Shown: positions 46,739-56,445 of the stretch, piece by piece | Layout: each line of letters opens with the position of its first letter | How positions within the stretch are numbered: the first letter of the stretch is position 1 | Origin: an uncultured delta proteobacterium | GTDB taxonomy: Bacteria; Desulfobacterota; RBG-13-43-22 | Length of the DNA: 64,000 nt | Assembly (NCBI GenBank): GCA_963743305.1 | Contig: CAVUPH010000017.1 | Location: 32,001-96,000, forward strand | Direction of reading: 5' to 3' | Program-made: the position numbers and the translations under genes | The notes under the pieces: model-generated | Seen by the model: only the letters and a program-made list of their open reading frames with translations | Database searches by the model: none | Told to the model about the DNA's origin: nothing

Positions 46739-47759
46739 ATTAGTGATTGAACCCGATCAAACCTGGGAAGTGGACCAGTTTCGCCCCGAGGATGCCGAGG
46801 GCGTGGCCCGCTTGTTTCTTCAGGTCTACGGGGAAGGGTACCCCATCAGGACCTTTATCGATCCATCCCTTTTGATCGAGGAAAACGCCAGCCAGCGGAC
46901 CATTTCGAGCGTGGCCCGTACCCCGAAGGGAGATATAGTCGGACATAATGCCATTTTTAACTCCGCGCCGTTCAAAGGTCTCTATGAATCCGGAGCGGGG
47001 GTGGTTCATCCCCTCTACCGCGGCGGGGCCGGAATCTTTGCGCAGATGGCCGCCCACGGACTGGACCTGGGGAAGAACAGATTCAAAATAGCGGGCTTGT
47101 TCGGCGAATCGGTCTGCAATCACGTCTTCTCCCAGCGGATGTGCGCCAAACTGGGAGCGGTGAACATGGCCGTGGAGGTGGACCTGATGCCGGCGGAGGC
47201 TTATTCCCGGGAGCAGAGCGCTCGGGGGCGGGTATCGTCGCTTTTGGATTTTATTTTTATCCAATCTCAGCCGCAGACGGTTTTTATACCGCGGGTTTAT
47301 GGCGAGGCCCTTGATTTTATTTACGGAGGATTGACCGACGAACGGACCCGCCGACCGGCGACGACCCCAATTCCGGATGATTTAACAACCGAATTTAAAA
47401 CGCAAATCTTTGATTTCGCCCAGGTGGCGCGACTTGCGGTTAAACAGGCGGGCGGGGATTTCGACCAAACGCTGGAAGGGATGGAAAAAAATTTTGAGGC
47501 CCAGGGCGTGGTTGTAATCCAGGTCTGGTTGAATCTGTCCTGGCCTTGGGTTGGTGAGGTGGTGGATCGATTGCGGGCCCGGGGATATTTTTTGGGAGGG
47601 CTGCTGCCCCGCTGGTTCGATTCCGACGGGTTGCTCATGCAAAAAATAGCCGCCAGCCCCGGCTGGGAGGATATGCAGATTTATCATGAGCGGGCCCAAA
47701 GGATCGCGGCCTTCGCCCGCACTGATTGGGAAGAAACCAAGGAGAAAGGTTATTCATGA
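46725..47759 (+). CDS. GNAT-fold hypothetical protein
   Basis: FRPEDAEGVARLFLQVYG..YP, GDIVGH, ESGAGVVHPLYRG (motif-A-like), ESVCNHVFSQR. Confidence 0.7.
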   Translation: MNVAELVIEPDQTWEVDQFRPEDAEGVARLFLQVYGEGYPIRTFIDPSLLIEENASQRTISSVARTPKGDIVGHNAIFNSAPFKGLYESGAGVVHPLYRGGAGIFAQMAAHGLDLGKNRFKIAGLFGESVCNHVFSQRMCAKLGAVNMAVEVDLMPAEAYSREQSARGRVSSLLDFIFIQSQPQTVFIPRVYGEALDFIYGGLTDERTRRPATTPIPDDLTTEFKTQIFDFAQVARLAVKQAGGDFDQTLEGMEKNFEAQGVVVIQVWLNLSWPWVGEVVDRLRARGYFLGGLLPRWFDSDGLLMQKIAASPGWEDMQIYHERAQRIAAFARTDWEETKEKGYS

Positions 47760-48097
47760 TGAACATTAAATCAAAAAAGGAAGAGGGTATTTTAACGGTT
47801 TCGGTTGACGGCAAAATTGATGGCGCCACTTCGCCTGAGCTGGAAAGCCAATTGAAGGACTGGCTGGATCAGGGGGAGACGAAGGTCATCCTGGACCTGC
47901 AGGAAGTCTACTACATCAGCAGCGCCGGTCTCCGAGTGGTCCTGATGGGGGCGAAACGCCTCCAAAACAAGGGCCGCCTGGTGCTGGCCGGCCTTAAACC
48001 CGAGGTGAAGGAAATCTTTGAAATGGCCGGGTTCGATACCATTCTGGATTTCTATGATCAGCCGGGAACGGCTAAAGAAATCCTGCTGCAAGGATAG
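47756..48097 (+). CDS. STAS-domain anti-sigma factor antagonist (RsbV/SpoIIAA-like)
   Basis: GKIDGAT, LDLQEVYYISSAGLRV with the phospho-Ser motif, IFEMAGF. Confidence 0.94.
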   Translation: MMNIKSKKEEGILTVSVDGKIDGATSPELESQLKDWLDQGETKVILDLQEVYYISSAGLRVVLMGAKRLQNKGRLVLAGLKPEVKEIFEMAGFDTILDFYDQPGTAKEILLQG

Positions 48098-48517
48098 TTG
48101 GGGGCGGACGTGCGGAGAACCTGGCCGGCGGTCCCGGATTCGGTGCCTGAAATCTGTCAATGGGTTTATGACGCGGCCCAGAGAGCGGGTTTCCCCGAAC
48201 AGGAGGCCGAGCGCTGGGAGTTGGCCGTGGAAGAAGTGGCCATCAATATTGTTCATTACGCCTACGGGAACGGCCCGGTGGGAACGATTGAGCTGGAAGC
48301 CGGCTTCTCAACCTCTGGAATGACCGTTCAAATCTCGGATACCGGCCTATCCTTCAACCCGCTGGCGGCCCCGGAACCCAAAATCGGGGCCGCCCTGGAA
48401 GAGAGGGAAATCGGGGGACTGGGAATCTACCTGGCGCGGAAGGTGGTGGACCGGATCCACTATGAGCGGCGGGACGGGAAAAATATCCTGACCCTGAGCA
48501 AACAACTTCCCCTTTAA
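48098..48517 (+). CDS. Anti-sigma factor-type Ser kinase (RsbW/SpoIIAB-like)
   Basis: LAVEEVAINIVHYAY, ISDTG..FNP, GGLGIYL..VVD. Confidence 0.93.
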   Translation: MGADVRRTWPAVPDSVPEICQWVYDAAQRAGFPEQEAERWELAVEEVAINIVHYAYGNGPVGTIELEAGFSTSGMTVQISDTGLSFNPLAAPEPKIGAALEEREIGGLGIYLARKVVDRIHYERRDGKNILTLSKQLPL

Positions 48518-48548
48518 TGTTTATGTAAAAAGATCTTGTTCTATCACA

Positions 48549-48669
48549 CTAACCCCCATGCCTGCCTAAGCGGGCACCCACGAAGCATGAAAATATAAGC
48601 AATCTCCCGAAAGCTTTTAGCATCACCCCAGCTTGTCCGAGGGATTGCTTCGCTTCGCTCGCAATGACA
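48549..48669. repeat. Composite repeat: family C element (48549-48594) abutting a REP-like palindrome (48597-48669)
   Basis: CTAACCCCCATG...GAAGCATGAAAAT then AAGCAATCTC...GGGATTGCTTCGCTTCGCTCGCAATGACA. Confidence 0.7.
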
Positions 48670-48699
48670 GACTATTTGAAAACGAAAAAGAGAATCGAG

Positions 48700-49596
48700 A
48701 TGGAGGATCGAATTCCAGAAGTCTACGGACTGGGCCAGTGTTCGCTGGATTATATCGGGAAGATTTCTGGCTATCCCCCGGCGGACAGCAAGTGTGAATT
48801 TACCGGATTGGCGGTTCAAGGCGGAGGGCCGGTGGCCACGGCCCTGGCCGCCCTCTCCCGCTGGGGGATACTCTGTACCTTTGCCGGGGTGATCGGGGAT
48901 GACCCTTTTGGCAAGCAGATCCGGGCCGGTCTGGAAAGGGAAGGGATCGACCTTCAGGGGTTGTTGATCCGGAAAGGGTTCGAGTCCCAGTTCGCTTTTA
49001 TAGCCGCCGAGTCCGGGTTGGGGAGGCGGACGATTTTCTGGCAAAGACCCACCGGTCCGCCGCCCGCTCCCGAAGAACTGGATTTTGATTTGATCCGCCG
49101 GGCGAAGGTCTTTCACACGGACGGCTTGTTTCCTGAAGCCTCCCTGGCGGCGGCCAAAGCGGCCCGGGAGGCCGGGGTGCCGGTGATCGTGGACGCCGGA
49201 TCGCTCCGGGAAGGGATGCTGGATTTGGCCCGTCTAAGCGATTATTTCATTGCCTCATCCGCCTTTGCCCGTTCCCTGGCAGGGAAGGGTGACCCCTTGG
49301 CGGCCTGTCGGGAAATAGCCGCCGTATGTCCCGGTTTGGTTGGGCTCACTTTGGGGAAAGAGGGTTACCTGGCCCTGGATCGTGGCCGAGTGATCCGCCG
49401 CCCGGCTTATCCGGTGGAGGCGGTGGACACCACCGGTTGCGGAGATGTGTTCCATGCCGGGTTTATTTATGGGGTGCTTAAGAGTTGGACCGTGGACCAA
49501 AGCCTGGATTGGGGGGCCTGGGCCGCCTCACGGGTGAGCCTGAAGCTTGGCGGACGGGCCGGGATACCGCCATTGCCCGAGTGGGTTAACCAATAA
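48700..49596 (+). CDS. PfkB/ribokinase family carbohydrate kinase
   Basis: QGGGPVATA, GVIGDDPFG, TLGKEG, VDTTGCGDVFHAGF. Confidence 0.94.
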   Translation: MEDRIPEVYGLGQCSLDYIGKISGYPPADSKCEFTGLAVQGGGPVATALAALSRWGILCTFAGVIGDDPFGKQIRAGLEREGIDLQGLLIRKGFESQFAFIAAESGLGRRTIFWQRPTGPPPAPEELDFDLIRRAKVFHTDGLFPEASLAAAKAAREAGVPVIVDAGSLREGMLDLARLSDYFIASSAFARSLAGKGDPLAACREIAAVCPGLVGLTLGKEGYLALDRGRVIRRPAYPVEAVDTTGCGDVFHAGFIYGVLKSWTVDQSLDWGAWAASRVSLKLGGRAGIPPLPEWVNQ

Positions 49597-49636
49597 AAAT
49601 GAGCGAGATTATTCATTTCACAGGGAATAAATCTGC

Positions 49637-49665
49637 TTGCCCCTAAAGATGGAATGCGATACAAT
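49637..49665 (+). promoter_or_regulatory. Sigma70-type promoter of the TA operon
   Basis: TTGCCC-N17-TACAAT upstream of AAGGAG-ATG. Confidence 0.55.
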
Positions 49666-49698
49666 CTTTTAGATATAGATACAAGGAGATGAAATACG

Positions 49699-49938
49699 AT
49701 GCCCCTTAGCTTAAGAATCAATCCAGACAAGGAAGAAATCATCCGCAAAGCGGCGGCCAAAAAAGGCAAAAGCAAGACCTCTTTTATTTTAGAAGCCGTG
49801 GATGAAAAGCTGGGTCTGCATAAATCCCGGGAACAGGTTGTCCGGGAGCTGGCCGGCTGGATGACCCATGAAGAGGCTGAGGATTTGCGCCGGACAACCG
49901 AAGTCTTTCAGCGGGTTAGCAAAGGGGATTGGGATTGA
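49699..49938 (+). CDS. Ribbon-helix-helix antitoxin (VapB-type)
   Basis: LSLRI...IIRKAAAKKGKSKTSFILEAV RHH pattern; overlaps the PIN toxin start. Confidence 0.8.
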   Translation: MPLSLRINPDKEEIIRKAAAKKGKSKTSFILEAVDEKLGLHKSREQVVRELAGWMTHEEAEDLRRTTEVFQRVSKGDWD

Positions 49939-50333
49939 AATTAGTCCTGGATACCAATAGTTACTCGGATTATGCGGAGGGCCTGACCGAAGTAGTGGAG
50001 GCGATCGTACAGTACGGCCAATCCCTTTATCTTCCGGCCATAGTCTTGGGAGAACTGACGTATGGTTTTTTAAAAAGCAGCCGCCAGGACTATTGCGAAA
50101 AAAAAATAAGGCAATTCATCAATAGACTGCAGGTTGAGATTATCTCGGTGGATGATGATGTGGCCCGTAAATATGGTTTGATCTATTTGGCACTTCAGAA
50201 AAAGGGGGCCAAGATTCCGATTAATGATGTCTGGATCGCTGCCTGCTGCATGGCGGTTGGCGGTGTGCTCCTGACCCGAGACCGTCACTTCCAGCGGATT
50301 GAACAGATAGAAACCATTTTTTTGGATTATTGA
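49935..50333 (+). CDS. vapC: PIN-domain toxin VapC
   Basis: LVLDTN, VLGEL, IPINDVWIAA, LLTRDRHF. Confidence 0.93.
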   Translation: MKLVLDTNSYSDYAEGLTEVVEAIVQYGQSLYLPAIVLGELTYGFLKSSRQDYCEKKIRQFINRLQVEIISVDDDVARKYGLIYLALQKKGAKIPINDVWIAACCMAVGGVLLTRDRHFQRIEQIETIFLDY

Positions 50334-50358
50334 TAAAAAGGATTAATAGGAGGTAACG

Positions 50359-50674
50359 ATGCGAAAACGAATTCGGAAAAAATTATGCTTGGGTGAATTT
50401 CAGGAGTATGGGTTTGAAGTGCAGTTTCGTCTTCCGCCCGACTCAAGCGATCAGGACCAGGAGGCTTTTTTCAACGCCTTCTGGGACGAGGCCATCGATG
50501 GCCAGGGCTTAATATTCGACGGCGGTTGCGGCACGGACTGGGATATCTTTATCACCCTGGCCGACCGCGGCTCGGCCAAAGAAAGCCACCGGAAGCTGGT
50601 CGAGGATTGGCTGCGGAATTCTCCCTTGGTTTCGGAAATTAAGGATCGGACCCCTGGTCGATGCCTGGAATTAA
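50359..50674 (+). CDS. YggL/DUF469 family protein (apparent +1 frameshift near 50644)
   Basis: RKRIRKKLCLGEFQEYGF signature; removing one G restores the C-terminal IGPLVDAWN. Confidence 0.82.
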
Positions 50675-50864
50675 TCGGAACTTGATATGTTTTAATTCTA
50701 TCTGTCGTAATCCCGATCGGTTATTTTTATTCCTTTTTTTCTAGAGCTTCAACCATATTGAAAAGGCCACTGTTCGTTTCGCCACCGGAGGAATATGCAA
50801 AAAATGCATATTGCTTTCTCCATAAGGAAAGAGGCGCGAAGTTAAAAATGGCAGAGCAGGGCAC

Positions 50865-53004
50865 ATGACCGACGGTTTCAAAGACATCGAAAAGCTCGAG
50901 ACCGCTCTTTGGGAGGCGGCGGACAACCTGCGGGCCAATTCCAAGCTCACTTCCAGCGACTACTTCATGCCGGTCTTGGGAGTGATCTTCCTCCGTCACG
51001 CCGCCAACCGTTTCGAGGAGGCCAGACGACAGATCGAGGAGGATCAGGCGGCCGGCCGGATGCCCAAACGAAAAGTGGTGCCGGCCGATTATCTGCGCCG
51101 CCGCGCCCTCTGGCTCCCTGAGACCGCCCGTTATGACCGGATCATGGAGCAGGCCGCCGTCGGCGGCAGCGACCTTCCCGGCCTGGTGTCCGAAGCTATG
51201 ACCGCCATCGAGGAGGCCTTCGAGCCGCTGCAGGGTGTCCTTCCCAAAGATTACGGAATCTTCGAGCCCAAGGTGCTGGAAGACCTGATGCGGCTCTTCA
51301 ATAGCGAGCAGATCAAACAGGCCACCGGCGACGTCTTCGGCCGCATCTATGAATACTTCCTGGCCAAGTTTTCCGTCCAGAAAGCCCACGACAACGGGGA
51401 GTTCTTCACTCCCTCCTCCCTGGTCCAGACCATTGTCAATGTCATCGAGCCCGATCACGGCATTGTCTTCGACCTGGCCTGCGGCTCGGGCGGCATGTTC
51501 GTCCAGTCCAGCCACTTCATCGAACAGGAGGGCGGCGATACGGCCAAGAAGGTGGTCTTTTATGGCCAGGAGAAGAACCGCGACACCATCCGCATCGCCC
51601 AGATGAACCTGGCCGTCCACGGGTTGGAAGGCAAGATTGCCGAGGCAATCACCTATTACCAGGACGAGTATGCCCTGGCCGGCAAATGTGATTTCGTGAT
51701 GGCCAATCCGCCTTTCAACGTCGATCTGGTGGATGCCGAACGGATCAAGATCGACCCGCGCCTCCCTTTCGGGCTCCCGGGGGTGAACAAGCAGAAGAAG
51801 GTCTCCAACGGGAACTATCTCTGGATTTCCTATTTCTGGAGCTACCTGAACGAAAAGGGCCGGGCTGGTTTCGTCATGTCTTCCCAGGCCTCCAGCGCCG
51901 GGCACGGCGAGAAAGAAGTCCGACGAAAGATCGTCGAGACCGGGGATGTGGACGTGATGATTTCCATCCGCTCCAATTTCTTTTATACCCGATCCGTCCC
52001 CTGCGAACTCTGGTTTTTCGACCGGACCAAACCCCCCGAGCGACGGGACAAAGTGCTGATGCTCGATGCCCGAAACATTTACCGCAAAGTTACCCGCAAG
52101 ATTAACGATTTTTCCCCGGAACAGATGCGCAACCTTTCGGCCATCGTCTGGCTTTATCGGGGGCAATCGGATCGTTTCCTGTCTCTAGTAAGAAATTACT
52201 TGCATTCAGTGTGCGAGGAAGGCGCAGCCATTCCGGAAAAGCTGGCTATCTTCGAAAAGACACTAACTGAATTGCGCCAGCGTTTTGTGACGCTCGAAAA
52301 AACCGTTGCTGAGGTCTGAATAAATCGAAGATGAAAAGAAAAAGTCCCTGGCCGAAGCCGGTACGGAACTCAACGAAACCGGAAAATCCTACAAAATCGA
52401 CAGGGACAACCTGCTGACCGACCTTGGGGGTTTCCTGAAACGATTCGCCTCATCATTGCCGGAAAAAAATGATCCCCAACACAGAGCTCGCCGGATGTTC
52501 GAACCGACTGCCGAACGGATCAAGGGGCTTATCAAGCAAGTGGACTTGCTCTACAAGTTGGCCGCCCAGGTGGCCAACCTGGGAGCGGAATTCTCCCTCA
52601 CCCCCGGGAACGGGGGAGAGCGGGGTGAGGGGGCGCCTTATGAACGCCGCGCTACGGGCAGGCTGGTAAAACAGCTCGATGGAGAGCGCAAAGCAGCCGT
52701 TGAACAGCTCAAAAGGGCCGTTTACTTCCATAGACAGGTGATCTGGCTGCAGGATCGTTTCCCCAAGGCCGAACTGGAGGCCGTACTGGGGCTGGTGAAG
52801 CTGGTGGATGTCAAGGAAATCGAAGCGGCCGATTGGAGCCTCACTCCCGGCCGCTACGTCGGCGTTTCTCCGCCCGAGGAAGACGAGGACTTCGACTTCG
52901 AACAGACCCTGCGGGATATTCATACCGAGTTGGCCGACCTCAACAAGGAGGCAGGAGAATTGGCGGCGAAGATTCAGGAGAACTTCGAGGAGTTGGGGAT
53001 ATGA
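50865..53004 (+). CDS. hsdM: Type I R-M methyltransferase subunit HsdM, interrupted near 52315
   Basis: LWEAADNLRAN, GEFFTP, DLACGSGGM, ANPPFN; C-terminal WSLTPGRYVG...ENFEELGI lies in a different frame (about 52324-53004). Confidence 0.92.
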
Positions 53005-54131
53005 AGAAACAGATTCGGACGACCCCGGCGGCCAATGCTCCGGATCGTAAATCAAGGGGCAGAATACGCGAAGACGCCTCGTTCCCAGTGGCACCGCCTC
53101 ACGAGAGCTTACCCGTCAGCTACGCCTCCGTTCTCGGTGAGATCAAACAACGTATCCAGGCAGAGCGGCTGCGGGTTATTATGGCCGCCAATTCGGCCAT
53201 GATCATCCTGTATTGGGACATCGGTCGACTGATTTTAGATCGTCAAGAGCGTGAGAGCTGGGGCGCCAAGGTTATTGATCGGCTCTCCGCCGACCTGCGC
53301 GAAGCCTACCCGGATATGGGCGGATTATCTCCACGTAACCTCAAATATATGCGCGCTTTTGCGGCGGCCTGGCCGGACTCGTCAATTGTGCAACGGGTCG
53401 TTGCACAAATTCCCTGGAGGAGTAATATTGCCCTCCTGGACAAGTTGGATGATCCCGCCATTCGGCAATGGTATGCCGAAAAAACAATCGAACATGTCTG
53501 GTCACAACCGGTCCTTTGCTTTCAGATAGAATCCCAACTCCATTCCCGCCAGGGCAGGGCCGTAACAAACTTCGCCGCAACCCTTCCACCCGCTGACTCG
53601 GATATGGCGGCACAAGTCTTTAAAGACCCCTACCTCTTTGACTTTCTGGGCACCGCCGATCCACGCCGCGAACGGGAGATCGAGCAGGCCCTCATCGATC
53701 ATATCCAGCGCTTTCTCCTCGAACTCGGCGCAGGCTTTGCCTTCGTCGGGAGGCAGATCCATCTTGAATTTGCGAGCAACGACTATTACCTCGATCTCCT
53801 CTTTTATCACCTGAAACTGAGATGTTACGTCGTGGTGGAACTGAAGGCCGTCCCTTTCGACCCGGGTTTTGTCGGCACCATGAACATGTATCTCTCCGCG
53901 GTGGACGACCTGTTACGACACACTGACGATAAACCCTCCATCGGACTAATTCTATGCCGTTCGAAAAATAAACTGGTGGTGGAGTACGCTTTGCGCAATT
54001 TCAGGAAGCCAATCGGTGTTGCCGAATGGGAGACCAAAATCGTTAAGAAACTCCCAAAGGAATTCAAAGGGAGCCTTCCTACCGTAGAAGAGATTGAAGC
54101 GGAATTGACGTGGGATAGACGATTAAAATGA
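53001..54131 (+). CDS. YhcG / DUF1016 PDDEXK nuclease-domain protein
   Basis: LYWDIGRLI, WGAKVIDRLS, SPRNLKYMR, KDPYLFDFL, FLLELGAGFAFVGRQ, DLLFYHLKLRCYVVVELK; ATGA overlap with the hsdM stop. Confidence 0.95.
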   Translation: MKKQIRTTPAANAPDRKSRGRIREDASFPVAPPHESLPVSYASVLGEIKQRIQAERLRVIMAANSAMIILYWDIGRLILDRQERESWGAKVIDRLSADLREAYPDMGGLSPRNLKYMRAFAAAWPDSSIVQRVVAQIPWRSNIALLDKLDDPAIRQWYAEKTIEHVWSQPVLCFQIESQLHSRQGRAVTNFAATLPPADSDMAAQVFKDPYLFDFLGTADPRREREIEQALIDHIQRFLLELGAGFAFVGRQIHLEFASNDYYLDLLFYHLKLRCYVVVELKAVPFDPGFVGTMNMYLSAVDDLLRHTDDKPSIGLILCRSKNKLVVEYALRNFRKPIGVAEWETKIVKKLPKEFKGSLPTVEEIEAELTWDRRLK

Positions 54132-54187
54132 TCGATATAGCGGAACTGGTGGGGAAGGCCCAAGAGAACTTCGAGGAATTAGTATGA
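54128..54187 (+). other. 19-codon mini-ORF MIDIAELVGKAQENFEELV, a degenerate copy of the hsdM C-terminus
   Basis: Matches the hsdM end AGELAAKIQENFEELGI; ATGA overlaps with the YhcG stop and the hsdS start. Confidence 0.65.
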
Positions 54188-55323
54188 TTGGGAAAACTCT
54201 AACCATACTCTCAGACGTATGCGAGTCTATACGCTACGGCTACACGGCCTCAGCCAATCTTGATCCTTGCGGGCCGCGCTTCCTGCGCATCACTGACATT
54301 GTCCCCGATTCCCTGGACTGGGAAACGGTACCGTACTGCGAGATCGATGAAACCGACAGGGAGCGATTCGCTCTTGCGGTCGGTGACATTGTCGTTGCCA
54401 GAACGGGGGCGACTGTTGGATACGCGAAGCTCATTCGCGAACCGGTGGACGCTGTATTCGCTTCGTATTTGGTCCGCTTCCGGGTGGATACCACAAAGGC
54501 TGATCCAGCATATATTGGCAGGCTTGTCGAATCCCACGATTACAAGTCGTTCGTTAAATCCAGGATCGGCGGAGCCGCCCAACCCAACGCGAGCGCTCCG
54601 GTGCTCGGGAGCTTCGAGTTTCCCTTGCCGTCCCGGCACTCGCAGGAGCGCATCGCCGACATCCTCTCCGCCTACGACGACCTGATCGAGAACAACCGGC
54701 GTCGGATGGTGCTGTTGGAGGAGGCGGCGCGGCAGCTTTACCGGGAGTGGTTTGTCCGTCTCCGCTTTCCCGGGCATGAGCATACCCGGATTGTTGATGG
54801 CGTGCCCAAGAGATGGGAACGGATAGCATTTGAAAACGCCCTTGTCCTTCAACGTGGTTTCGATCTCCCCGTTCAGCTTAGGGAAGATGGTGATGTGCCA
54901 ATTTATGGCTCGACTGGTATCCTCGGATTTCACAGTAAAGCGAAGGTTACTGGTCCAGGTGTAGTTACTGGACGAAGCGGTACGCTTGGGGAAGTAAAGT
55001 ACGTTCCGGTTGATTTCTGGCCATTGAACACATCTCTATGGGTTAAGGAGTTCAGAAGGGCCACGCCATTTTTTTCTCTATTTCTAATGCGAGAGATGGA
55101 CCTAAAGAAGTATAATGGCGGAGTGTCAGTACCTACACTGGATCGGAAAACCGTCCATAAAACCCAAATTTTAATCCCTTCAAAAGACCTGCTTATGTTG
55201 TTTGACAATTTTATTAACCCGCTATTTCAGCAAGTTAACATTTTAAGCGGTCAAACCGAAAAACTAAGAACAGCCCGCGATATGCTCCTCCCTCGTTTGA
55301 TGAACGGGGAGATTGTACTATAA
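54184..55323 (+). CDS. hsdS: Type I R-M specificity subunit HsdS
   Basis: Two TRDs separated by QERIADILSAYDDLIENNRRR...LYREWF; C-terminal RDMLLPRLMNGEI. Confidence 0.95.
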   Translation: MIGKTLTILSDVCESIRYGYTASANLDPCGPRFLRITDIVPDSLDWETVPYCEIDETDRERFALAVGDIVVARTGATVGYAKLIREPVDAVFASYLVRFRVDTTKADPAYIGRLVESHDYKSFVKSRIGGAAQPNASAPVLGSFEFPLPSRHSQERIADILSAYDDLIENNRRRMVLLEEAARQLYREWFVRLRFPGHEHTRIVDGVPKRWERIAFENALVLQRGFDLPVQLREDGDVPIYGSTGILGFHSKAKVTGPGVVTGRSGTLGEVKYVPVDFWPLNTSLWVKEFRRATPFFSLFLMREMDLKKYNGGVSVPTLDRKTVHKTQILIPSKDLLMLFDNFINPLFQQVNILSGQTEKLRTARDMLLPRLMNGEIVL

Positions 55324-55344
55324 CGCTGTTACTGCTTAAGAAGG

Positions 55345-56445
55345 ATGGCGTCTATGAATAACCTATACAAGCTAAAAATCGAGGGGTTCAAGTCTATAAA
55401 GAGTCAGGAGCTTGAGTTCGCACCCCTTAATGTTTTTATTGGGGGGAATGGGGCTGGCAAATCCAATCTAGTCAGCGTATTCCATTTCCTTCGGCGGATA
55501 GTCGACCAAGAGCTTCAAACATATACCGGTGAAGCAGGGGGGGCTAACGCCATACTCTACTTCGGCCGCAAGAAGACAGATAAACTCTCCATGAGAATTG
55601 AATTTCGCCCAGGCAGCGATGCGAACATATATGAGTTTGTTTTAATTCCGACGGATGATGATCGGTTTATCTTTGAGCGCGAAAATGCCTATTACTGGGC
55701 GACGGATCGGTTCGATGCCACTTACTTAGCCGATTCCTGGAAAGCTCACCGAGAGGCTCGAATTATAGAGGAGAAAAATCCGTCGCCGCCTACGTACGCG
55801 ACCATCTGGAAAGCTACCGCATTTACCACTTTCATGATACCAGTCCTTCCGCTGCGGTAAAACAAACCGGTGATGTGGCCGACAACCGGTTTTTACGACC
55901 CGATGCAGGCAATCTCGCCGCCTTCCTTTATAGGCTTCAGCAAAAACAACCTGATCATTTTGAAAATATCGAAGATACGGTAAGACAAGTGGCGCCATTT
56001 TGGGGACATTTCAAGCTGGAGACATCCCTCCTAAACCCCGATAGAAATTCGTCTGAATGGGAAGAAAAGGGGAGCGATGACCTATTTCAATGCCTCGGCA
56101 CTTTCGGATGGAACCTTACGTTTTATCTGCCTATCGACTCTCCTTCTTCAGCCGACCTTGCCTTCGCTCATTCTCATCGACGAGCCGGAACTGGGGCTTC
56201 ACCCGGCCGCCATCCAGGTCCTCGCCGGACTCCTCCAATCTGCGGCCACACGAACCCAATTGATTGTGGCCACCCAGTCGGTGACCCTTATCAACCAATT
56301 ACAACCGGAACACGTCTGGGTGGTGGGCCGGGAAGACGGCCAAAGTATTTTCCGCAACTTGAAGTCGGCAGATATGTCTGAGTGGCTCGAAGATTATGGT
56401 TTGGGAGAATTGTGGGAGAAGAATATCTTTGGAGGCCGTCCTTGA
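55345..56445 (+). CDS. AAA_15/AAA_21-type (ABC-like) ATPase, at least two frameshifts
   Basis: IEGFKSI, IGGNGAGKSN Walker A, YHFHDT, LSDGTLRF signature, LILIDEPELGLHP Walker B, VATQS, spread over three frames. Confidence 0.88.

Noticed and set aside
50727-52166. 479-aa minus-strand ORF
   Set aside because: Shadow of hsdM
52317-52319. Selenocysteine or stop read-through at the hsdM TGA
   Set aside because: Another stop follows four codons later and the continuation is in a different frame, so this is an indel
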